Virus record (IMG/VR): IMGVR_UViG_3300044730_002015
Span: 64,001 to 128,000 of that record
Reading direction: 5' to 3' (one strand)
Length of the DNA: 64,000 nucleotides
Source: a virus
The notes under the pieces were generated by a model. That model did not search any database. It had not been told where the DNA came from and worked only from the letters and a program-made list of their open reading frames with translations. This document shows, in pieces, positions 9,886-19,200 of this stretch (its first letter is position 1; every line of letters begins with the position of its first letter). The position numbers and the translations under genes were made by a program.

Positions 9886-12800
9886 TTAAATACTGGTATA
9901 AGTTGCTGTCCAAGTCATGGTGTTGGCTGATTTTGGTGTTACCTGTAGCACAACATTACCACTACTTAAAGATACCTGTATAGTGCCGCAACCACCTAAC
10001 AATGCCACATCTCCAAACGTAGCATAGTCTAGCGTTGTTAAGCCATCAGTCAAGCTATGAACTTTACTAACCTGATAAGCACCACTCACGGTATCTTGTC
10101 CCTTGATTAAAAACTGTACTGCATCATTAGTTTCTGCATCAATACTTACCAGTGTTGTGGCCGAGGTAGAATTAGAAGTTACAGTAGTAAAGCCTGTTTT
10201 ACTGTTAGCAGTATTAGAACCTTGGATTAAAACTCCACCATTGGTCCAATTGATCTGGATGTTGCCAGTGTTGGCCAAATAGTTCTGTGTGTCGGCATTA
10301 CTGTATCCAGCCGGTAATCCGGTTATAAACGCACCATTACCTAACAGATAATTTGCAGATATGTTGCCCGACAGCGAAGTGATGTTACCAGTGACATCCA
10401 ACGCTGTGAGAGTTCCCAAGGAAGTAACATTAGGCTGCGCTGCTGTAGCCAATGTACCGGTTATCAGCGTGGCTGTGATGTTGCCGCCTGTGATATTGCC
10501 TGTGGCCGTGACCTGACCTGCAGTGGTTATATTTCCACCCGAGACGTTGCCTGTGGCCGTGACCTGACCTGCAGTGGTTATATTTCCACCCGAGACGTTG
10601 CCTGTGGCAGAGATGTATCCACTGGCATTGATATTGCCGTTGATACCTGCATCACCTTGTACAGTAATCGTGCCCGAAATGCTGTTGGCGCTGACTGTGT
10701 TGGGTGAATTGATACGCAGGGCAGTATTGCCCATGTCGCGGCCGCCAACCACAAATCTCATCTGTGAATTGGTATCTACTGTGGCCAGGATCAAGTTACC
10801 AATTTGGCCTGCAGCCACATTGGCAGTGGTGTACATATAGGCATCGTTGGTTTCAACCGCTGTGCCCATGGCGTTGTTGGCGCCGGCTATGGCACCGTCA
10901 AATCCCGAAGACGTATAGCCGATGTCAAAGTAGTAGGTTTCGTCATCGCCATTGTTGCCAGTCAACACATAGTCAACTGTGGCTTCGTCACCACCGTTTT
11001 GATTTTGATTATTGACTTGGCTGTAGCCGTTGTATGAAGTAACATAGTTCATTACCGACTGTGGCAGCAGCGTGAAGCCTGCTGGTAAACCAGCGTACAG
11101 TGCGTTGAAACCTGTGGAAGCATTACCAAAGAACTGACCGGAATTGCCAGATATCTGTGTTATGTTACCAGCAATTGTGGTATTTCCAGTTACATACAAG
11201 TTACCAATTACGGCATTGCCTTGCGCCATTGATATGCCGCCAGCAGTGATGTTGGCAGAAACATCCAAGGACACCAAGGTACCAAGTGTTGTGATATTTG
11301 GCTGTGCAGCAGTTGTCAATGTGCCTGAAACTAATGCGCCACCAATGTTGCCACCACTGATATTGCCTGTGGTAGTGATAGTGCCGCCACCAAAGTTGGC
11401 ATTGATTGTATTGCCCGACTCTAGGAATGCCTTGACATTGGCATCGCCATAGCCTCCAACAATGTTTGCTCCATTGATGCCACTTAAGAAAGCACCGTTA
11501 CCAAAATAATAACTGGCCGATATGTTGCCGCTGGATATGATATTGCCAGTGGCCTGTATATACTGATCTACTTGGACGAATCCATCTACTTCGACATTCC
11601 CAGTAAAGGCGCTGTCACCAGCAGATATCGCAGCCAGCTGCCCCGAGCCCGCATCAACAAAAGCTAGTCCACTACCTGTGGTACTGCTCTTGATTTGTGT
11701 TGCATTACCCGATGTACCGCTGGGCGTGATAAACTCTCTGGCATAGACATCGCGGAACTGATTCACACTGCTACCAATGTCTACTGTACTATTGGACAGT
11801 GTACCATTGGCATAGGATGGATTCAGCGAAACTGCTTTGAAGTTACCTGTGTAGTTGCTGGCACTTAAATTACCTACATAGGTCGGCAGATAATTCTGTA
11901 CATTGGTATTGCTGTAGGCATTGACTATGTTACCATATTCGATGCCAGTGATGTTATATCCATTGCCAAAAATGTAACTTACATAGGAATTGCCCGAAGT
12001 AACAAAGTTTCCTGTGCCTGACAAATTACCTGCATTATTAAAAATCCAGGTATATGTACCAGTATCAATGGTAATGTTGTTAGTGACACTGGTAAAGGCA
12101 TTTGCAAAAATATATCCATTGCTGTAGATATTACCAAAGCCAACGTTGATATTGATGTTGGCACCACTGTAGATTACATTGCTGGCATCAAGGCCTGTGA
12201 GATAGTAACCATTGCCAATATAGTAGTTGGCAGTGACAGTGTTGCCACCATTGATATTTTGTGCGCTGAGGTTAGCGCTGGTAGTTATATTACCAGTGGT
12301 CAGTATAGTGAGATTAGCATTACTGGCCAAGTAGGCAGCAACGTTGGCGTTGCTGTAATCTTCTGGCAGTCCTGACAAGAAGCGACCATTGCCCAGTATA
12401 TAAGAACCAGAAATGTTGGCACTGGTAGTGATATTGCCTGTGACATCTAGTGTGGTCAGCGTGCCTACCGAAGTGATATTTGGTTGTGCTGCTGTGGTCA
12501 GCGTACCTGCAATATATTGGCCTGAAATGTTGGCAGTGGTTATGATATTACCAGTCAACAGTCCGCTGGCCAAATATGCGGCTACGTTGGCATTGCCATA
12601 TGCACCAACCAAGTTACTGGCATTGATTCCAGTTAGGAACGCACCATTACCCAGTATATAGGATCCAGAAACGTTGCCCGACAGCGAAGTGATATTACCA
12701 GTGACATCCAACGATCCTAGTGTGCCAACTGAAGTGATATTGGGCTGTGCTGCAGTGGTCAGTGTACCAGTCAATAACGAACCAGAAACAGTGCCTGTGA

Positions 12801-14775
12801 CATCCAATGATGTCAGCGTACCAACTGAAGTGATATTGGGCTGTGCTGCAGTGGTCAGTGTACCTGTTACCAATGTACCCGACAAGTTGCCACCACTGAT
12901 GTTGCCTGTGGCCGAAACTGTACCGGCAGTGCTGATATTGCCACCTGTGAGCGTGCCTGTTACGTTCAGACTAGAACCTGTGGCATTACCAATGTTGGGC
13001 GTGATTAGATTCGCACCAGCCTTGACTATGATGTTGCCACCACCATCAAAGGCTGTGGTATCGTTGTCGACTTTTGCGTTGAACTGCTGACCAACCAGCA
13101 CTAGACCAGCTTGGTTATTGGCCGAGTATACCTGACTTTGGCTGAACTGTGCGAACTGTATGTTGCTGCTGCCAAAAGAAATGGCAGTATTGGGAGCATC
13201 CACGATCCAGGCTGTGCCAAGATTGACGTTACCGCTAGTGACAAAGAAGTAGTCGTTGAGACCCAGAGCAAACGCTGTGCCTACACCGGCTGTGTCCTCA
13301 TTGTCTGCTCGTGTGATAGTAGTAGCGTTGGACCAGACATATATACCATTGAATGCGCCATTGGATTCGTTCTTGACCAAGATACGAGCATTGGCTGACT
13401 GTATGTTGGCCGAATCAATTAGGTTGAACGAACCTGTGGTAGACAGTGTAGCACCCACGCCATTGCCTACACCATTGGGTTGATTATAGGTAATGGTACC
13501 ACCGGTGGCAATTGCTAGAGTTGTATTGGTAGCTGCTATCACTGAGTCGTGATATGATATAGCAGTGCTGACCAAGTTGTCTACGTAGACCTTACTGGCA
13601 GCGTCTTGATCTTGTACCGGATATGCAACAGAATTGATGAATGTGTTGGCCAGTACAACGTTACCCGAGCCAGCCGGCTGGAGAAGGATGTTGCCGTTGC
13701 TGCCTGTGGTTAGTGTCAAGGAACCGGATGATGCTAACTTGGTGGCGTTGACGTTGGTACCATCTATGTTGGCAGAGCTTACAAGATTTCCACCGTTGAT
13801 GTTGCCCGAAGTAGTTACTGTTCCTGTGCCAAAATTGGCATTGATAGTATCACCTGACTCCAGGTATGATTTGACATTGGCATTACCGTAGGCACCTACG
13901 ATATTGCTGGCATTGATACTGGTCAAGAAATAACCATTGCCTAATAGATAAGAGCCCTGCACATTGGCAGTGGTTGTAACATTGCCAGTTAAATTTGTTA
14001 GAGCACCTGTATAAGCAGCAACATTGGCATCATCATATCCACCAGTGGCAGATCTGATGTTACCCAGCAGGTAAGAGCCGCTGACGTTGGCAGTGGTTGT
14101 AACATTGCCAGTTAAATTTGTTAGAGCACCTGTATAAGCAGCAACATTGGCATCATCATATCCACCAGTGGCAGATCTGATGTTACCTAATAGATAAGAG
14201 CCCTGCACATTGGCAGTGGTAATGACATTGCCAGTAAGATTGATTAGTGCGCCGGTATAGGCAGCAACATTGGCGTCGTCATATCCACCTGTGGCAGATC
14301 TGATGTTACCTAATAGATAAGAACCGCTGACGTTGGCTGCGGTGGTGATATTTCCAGTGGTCAGTATGGTTACAGCAGCGTTTGAAGCCAAGTAGTTGGC
14401 CACATCAGAATTGCTGTATGAGCCAATGATATTGGCAGCATTGATGTTGGTTAATAAAGCACCATTGCCTATAAAATAGTTGGCAATGACTGCATTGCCA
14501 CCGTTGACGTTACCCGCTGTGATGTTACCGGTGGTGCTGATAGTGTTGGTGCCAAAATTTGCTAGGAATGTTGCTACATTGGCATTGCCGTAGGTTCCAA
14601 TAATATTAGAATATTGTATGTCGGTGATAAAGTATCCGTTGCCACGTAACTGTGTGTCAACATTGCCTACATTGCCGGAAACTACCCAACCGTTGGCTGA
14701 TACCACAGGTATAGGTGTCTGGGATATTTCTCCTGTGGTAAAACCACCTGTTGAGTTTAACGGTTTGAGCGCCAT
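9886..14775 (-). CDS. Repetitive tail-fibre/virion structural protein (1629 aa)
   Basis: ORF track; AAGGA SD; NANVAxYL and TTAAQPNITSVGTL repeats; C-terminal domain shared with 14793..16295. Confidence 0.88.
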   Translation of the reverse strand: MALKPLNSTGGFTTGEISQTPIPVVSANGWVVSGNVGNVDTQLRGNGYFITDIQYSNIIGTYGNANVATFLANFGTNTISTTGNITAGNVNGGNAVIANYFIGNGALLTNINAANIIGSYSNSDVANYLASNAAVTILTTGNITTAANVSGSYLLGNIRSATGGYDDANVAAYTGALINLTGNVITTANVQGSYLLGNIRSATGGYDDANVAAYTGALTNLTGNVTTTANVSGSYLLGNIRSATGGYDDANVAAYTGALTNLTGNVTTTANVQGSYLLGNGYFLTSINASNIVGAYGNANVKSYLESGDTINANFGTGTVTTSGNINGGNLVSSANIDGTNVNATKLASSGSLTLTTGSNGNILLQPAGSGNVVLANTFINSVAYPVQDQDAASKVYVDNLVSTAISYHDSVIAATNTTLAIATGGTITYNQPNGVGNGVGATLSTTGSFNLIDSANIQSANARILVKNESNGAFNGIYVWSNATTITRADNEDTAGVGTAFALGLNDYFFVTSGNVNLGTAWIVDAPNTAISFGSSNIQFAQFSQSQVYSANNQAGLVLVGQQFNAKVDNDTTAFDGGGNIIVKAGANLITPNIGNATGSSLNVTGTLTGGNISTAGTVSATGNISGGNLSGTLVTGTLTTAAQPNITSVGTLTSLDVTGTVSGSLLTGTLTTAAQPNITSVGTLGSLDVTGNITSLSGNVSGSYILGNGAFLTGINASNLVGAYGNANVAAYLASGLLTGNIITTANISGQYIAGTLTTAAQPNITSVGTLTTLDVTGNITTSANISGSYILGNGRFLSGLPEDYSNANVAAYLASNANLTILTTGNITTSANLSAQNINGGNTVTANYYIGNGYYLTGLDASNVIYSGANININVGFGNIYSNGYIFANAFTSVTNNITIDTGTYTWIFNNAGNLSGTGNFVTSGNSYVSYIFGNGYNITGIEYGNIVNAYSNTNVQNYLPTYVGNLSASNYTGNFKAVSLNPSYANGTLSNSTVDIGSSVNQFRDVYAREFITPSGTSGNATQIKSSTTGSGLAFVDAGSGQLAAISAGDSAFTGNVEVDGFVQVDQYIQATGNIISSGNISASYYFGNGAFLSGINGANIVGGYGDANVKAFLESGNTINANFGGGTITTTGNISGGNIGGALVSGTLTTAAQPNITTLGTLVSLDVSANITAGGISMAQGNAVIGNLYVTGNTTIAGNITQISGNSGQFFGNASTGFNALYAGLPAGFTLLPQSVMNYVTSYNGYSQVNNQNQNGGDEATVDYVLTGNNGDDETYYFDIGYTSSGFDGAIAGANNAMGTAVETNDAYMYTTANVAAGQIGNLILATVDTNSQMRFVVGGRDMGNTALRINSPNTVSANSISGTITVQGDAGINGNINASGYISATGNVSGGNITTAGQVTATGNVSGGNITTAGQVTATGNITGGNITATLITGTLATAAQPNVTSLGTLTALDVTGNITSLSGNISANYLLGNGAFITGLPAGYSNADTQNYLANTGNIQINWTNGGVLIQGSNTANSKTGFTTVTSNSTSATTLVSIDAETNDAVQFLIKGQDTVSGAYQVSKVHSLTDGLTTLDYATFGDVALLGGCGTIQVSLSSGNVVLQVTPKSANTMTWTATYTSI
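10496..10608. repeat. 51-bp perfect tandem duplication (17 aa, ATGNVSGGNITTAGQVT)
   Basis: Units 10496-10546 and 10547-10597 are identical. Confidence 0.9.
12690..12900 (-). repeat. 96-bp (32-aa) tandem coding repeat x2 (TGTLTTAAQPNITSVGTLxSLDVTG)
   Basis: gtgacatcca at 12701 and 12797. Confidence 0.75.
13939..14340 (-). repeat. 123-bp (41-aa) tandem coding repeat, about 3 copies
   Basis: ttggc anchors at 13964, 14087, 14210, 14333; encodes SYLLGNIRSATGGYDDANVAAYTGALTNLTGNVTTTANV. Confidence 0.9.
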
Positions 14776-14792
14776 TTTTTAATTCCTTCTTT

Positions 14793-16295
14793 CTAATAGT
14801 TTGTTATAAAAATCTCATAGTTTATGGTATTACCAGTACTAGGAGATACTTGCAATTCAACGTTTGGAGTGGAATAAACCACTCTAAAATTACCTAGCGT
14901 ATTATTTATCGAAAGGCCTGCATATTCTACGAAGCTCACGATTCCGCCGGATCTAGCAGCAGTGATCTTAGAAGTTTGTCTAGAATCATCGCTGATATCT
15001 GTGGCCACGATGTTAAAATCTATGGATTTGACATCTATTGCCGATATTGTAAAAATAGTTTGATTAGCAGCAATACTGCTGGTGCTGTTAAACGATTTAA
15101 AAAACTGCGAACTTGATATTACAACAGTGTTGGCACTGACTGTATTTTGAGTGGCTATGTAAATATCTGCATTAGACGCTAGATACGCTGCCACATTAGA
15201 ATTGCTGTATGTACCAGTCAAGAATGCGCCGTTGCCTAAAAAATAGTTGGCCGAGACATTGCCTGTAACATTGATATTTCCTGCCGTGATATTTCCTGTG
15301 TATGTAGGCAAGTAGTTGGCCACGTTGGCGTTGCTGTATGTTCCAGTTAAAAACGCCCCGTTTCCTAGAATAAAATTGCCTGATACATTGGCCGAAGTAG
15401 TAATGTTACCGGTATAAGCACTGAGATTAACATCAATGGTCAATGATTTGTAAGCATTACCAGTGGGTGTATTGTTTGATGTAAAAACAATGCCATTGCC
15501 CTGTACAAACTGTACTATATCTTCGCCAGACGCTACTAGGTTGGGCTGTCCTGGATCAGAATTGCCCACTACCCAGGTTTTAAATGTAGATCCCAAACTG
15601 ATCTTGACATTGCCGCTGCCAAGACTTTCAACTCCAAATCCCGAGTTAGCGTCAAATCTTAGGAATTCTACATTGGTAACAGTGTTGGATATGGTATTGG
15701 CGCTGTCAATGAGGCTGACTGTCAGGGCAGGAGCATCGTTGCCCAGGCCCAACGCGCCGGTATATCTAGCACCCGATATGTATACTTTTTTACCTGTTAC
15801 GCCGGTACCAATGACGCTGGGAATGTTGGCGCCGTTAAAGTTCAGCACTCCGCTTTGATAATCAAAATACCATTCGTCGTTGTTGCCAGAACCTGCTTGG
15901 AAAAGCTGTGTGCCCACAGATTGCGGATTTGACACATTGGCATTGGCTACATATACTTTTACCAAATAAGTAGCGCCAAACTGTGTGGGAATCCAGTTGG
16001 TTAAATTGGTTTTCCAGGTCCTATTGTCTGGTGCTGTCAAATCCTCAGTGGTTTCTACTGTGGGACTAAAAGAGCCTACTCCGTCTTTGTATACAGTGAC
16101 TATATTAGATGATGCAGCAGGTATGACACTGGGTATGTTGCCGCTGTAACTCCAGATTAAATCTCCGCGATACAACAGCGGGCTTGGAATACTTTCGTTG
16201 AAAGCCTGTTTGTTGTCAGGAGGAGCTGTCTTGGTTACACCGTAACCAAGTTTCTTCCAGAGATAGTCTAGTTTAGCTGAATCACTGACGGCCAT
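14793..16295 (-). CDS. Virion structural/fibre protein (500 aa)
   Basis: ORF track; TAATG overlap with upstream gene; N-domain paralogous to 16295..21487, C-domain paralogous to 9886..14775. Confidence 0.88.
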   Translation of the reverse strand: MAVSDSAKLDYLWKKLGYGVTKTAPPDNKQAFNESIPSPLLYRGDLIWSYSGNIPSVIPAASSNIVTVYKDGVGSFSPTVETTEDLTAPDNRTWKTNLTNWIPTQFGATYLVKVYVANANVSNPQSVGTQLFQAGSGNNDEWYFDYQSGVLNFNGANIPSVIGTGVTGKKVYISGARYTGALGLGNDAPALTVSLIDSANTISNTVTNVEFLRFDANSGFGVESLGSGNVKISLGSTFKTWVVGNSDPGQPNLVASGEDIVQFVQGNGIVFTSNNTPTGNAYKSLTIDVNLSAYTGNITTSANVSGNFILGNGAFLTGTYSNANVANYLPTYTGNITAGNINVTGNVSANYFLGNGAFLTGTYSNSNVAAYLASNADIYIATQNTVSANTVVISSSQFFKSFNSTSSIAANQTIFTISAIDVKSIDFNIVATDISDDSRQTSKITAARSGGIVSFVEYAGLSINNTLGNFRVVYSTPNVELQVSPSTGNTINYEIFITNY

Positions 16296-19200
16296 TATGT
16301 AGCTACTCCTATCTGAACATCAGTCAAACTGTCTCCGCTGGCCAGTGCGATACGGACCAGCACAACACCGCCTGTGGCATTACTCATATTTTCTTCGCCT
16401 AGTGTTTGTGTATAACGTTGATTTGATATAGTGGATCCCAATGGTATCACATCTGTGCCTTGCTCGGCACAGCCATTACCACCGTTGCCACCGGCTCCGG
16501 TATTTTCTCCAGGTATTCCAGCGCCCACATACTGTATGGAACAATCTAGCCAACCATTGAGTGTGGAAGTTGAATCAATTTGTGTACCCGGGGCGGCGAT
16601 CCATACACCCGATACTTTTCCTGATAAAATAATATCAAAATTGGCCACGGTGGCTCTGCGGAATGCAAAGGTAAAGTATTGCACGCCCGAGCGTCCTGTA
16701 ACTAGATCTGGACCTGCTGGCAAGTAACCTGTGGCAAAGTTGGCATCATCAAAGTGTTGTACCGTGCCCCATCTCACAATAGATTCTTGCGTACCGGCCA
16801 CTGTCACAGCGCCTGACCAGGCGTTGCCTGTATAGTAGTCGGTAGCACCATTGAATGCCGGAGTGTTGGCTGCTGCCCCGAATCCAGTGACCCTGACACC
16901 GTTGTCGCTGTATACTGTTCCCAGGCTGGCACTAACAGGAATATTGCCTTCGTCTACACCCGACAGCGCCAGACTATAAATCTGTATTTTTGTCGGCAGT
17001 TGTATGGTGCTGCTGGTGCCATTGACGTTGATCACATTGGCCTGCAGTGTGGCCACTGCGCGGGCACTGCCATTGATGCTGATGCTTTGGCTACCAAAAG
17101 TATAACTCGATCCTATGCCTATGTTGGCATTGGGAATGCCGCTGGTCAGCATGGAAGGTGTGCCATCCAACTGTGCATAAGTTCTTGTCTGCGTGATAAT
17201 CACAGATCCACTGGTGCTTTCATAATTGGTACCCGAAGCAATGGTCAATGGTGTTGCAGTGCTGCGATAAGTTTGTCCAATCAAGTCAGTCACTGACAAT
17301 GAGTTGATAGATACTGTGGGCGAACCAGTGTTGTAATAAGGCACACCCGATATATAACGATAGGTACCAGCAGTTGTTTCTGTCATGGTCACACTGCTGT
17401 TTGACAATGTGGCCACGCTGCTTAGATTGTCTTTGACAAAGCCCACTGCATTGGTATTGCCGCTGATGCTGTGTGCCAGTTTATAATTGTTGTAACCTGT
17501 GCTGATATTGCTCAACGATTGTGAAATAAAAGCACTGAATACCTTGTAAAAATAACTGGGATAAGTGGCTGCTGAAATAGCAGTCCGCGCATCTGCATCT
17601 ACAGTCACTGTCAGGCCGTTGTAGGTACCCACAGCATTGCCAGATGTACTAAAAGAAGTATTGCCCGCTGCTGTGGCACCTATGAAAGCTGTCAACGTAC
17701 CTGTGGTTGAAGTATTGGCCTGTGTCACAGTTGAACTCACGATGGGCGTGCTAGTGACATATCTCGTGACACTGGTACCATTGGCTACGATACCGCCGCC
17801 GGTGTTGTCCACTGCGCCTGCTGCCAACAGCGGACTGGTACCCTGCGACGCAGTGCTCAATGACAGTGTTTTGGTGCTGAGATTTCCAGGAGCACTGGGA
17901 TTGGCATTAATGGTGATATAATTGGTAGCAGTCTTGGTATTGCTTTGTGGAGAACCGCCAGGTGTGCCGTTGGCAGTCAGCGCCACGGTTTTAGATCCTG
18001 TGGAGTTGTAAGTATGTGTTACATTGGCAGCGCTGGTGGTATTGTCAAAGGTTGAATCGCCCCAGGACCAGCTGAAGGTGTTGCCAGCAAAGGGCGGTGT
18101 AGGACTTGTCAAATTCTGGAAATTGAACAAAGCACGATTATTGCCAAGGTAATCTGTGTAGATGTAACCAGTCTGAGCTGTGTCACCGGTGCGGTCAGAA
18201 ACAGTGTTGGCAGTGCCCACAAAGTTGGCACTGATATTGGGAGTTACAGCAATAGTGATGTTGGCCGATTTGAATGGGCTGGTACTGTATCCAGTATACA
18301 GCCAAAGGTTGGCCACATAGTTGACCACATTACCATTGGCCTGCTGCGCTGGGGACAAAGTAAAAGTATGAGCGATATTGGCGGCCCCTGGGTTGCCGGC
18401 CAAACCAGTTTGTATAGCAATATTGCTGTTGGCTGTGTCATCGCCCCACTGGAATATGTAGTACTGCTGAGCACCAAAGGAAGCCGTGTTACCAGGAGTT
18501 CCTGGTGTGTCATTGCGGAAACTTACTACTCCGCCTGAAGTAGCAGATAAAATATTGGCTGTCAATACTGGACTGTGCTGTGAATATACCTTGACTGTTG
18601 TGGGAGCAGTATTGACGCTGTAAGGAGGTGTTGGTCCAGCAGTTTGATTGGTGCCGGTCAACACTATGTTATACAGACTATCGGTGTTGGCCGCGTTGAC
18701 ATAGGTATGGCTGTTGGTAGTCCAGTTATTGGCTGGAGTAACAATGTTGCCATCGCCGTAGTCAAGCAAATATGATGTGGCATACTGACTGGTGTTGGTC
18801 AGTGTAACACTATTACCAGTGTCTAAGCTAGTTGGTACAGTGGTGAATGAGGGCAGCGGCAATGGTGTAAACAGCGTGATATAATTGGTTTTGGTTGCTG
18901 AATCTACACTGCCTTTGGCACCAGCAGCTGCATTGCCTCCATATGTGCCATTGACGTTGTATGCAGTCAAGGTGACTGTGAACTGACCGCCCAAAACGTT
19001 GGCATAAGTGTATACAACATTGGCACCCGATGTGCTGGTATTGCCGTCACCGAAATCCCACAAATAGTTTGTGGCATTGCCAATCTTGGTGCCAGTAAAG
19101 GCCACGCTCAGGGGACTGGGACCCGACGTGACGTTGGCAGTGAAGTTGACCTGGCCCACGTATGTGCCATTGGCAATGTTCAATGCCACTTGATTCAAAT

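Noticed and set aside
752-14340. Repeats as a CRISPR array
   Set aside because: Units are in-frame coding repeats with no unique spacers, and no cas genes are present
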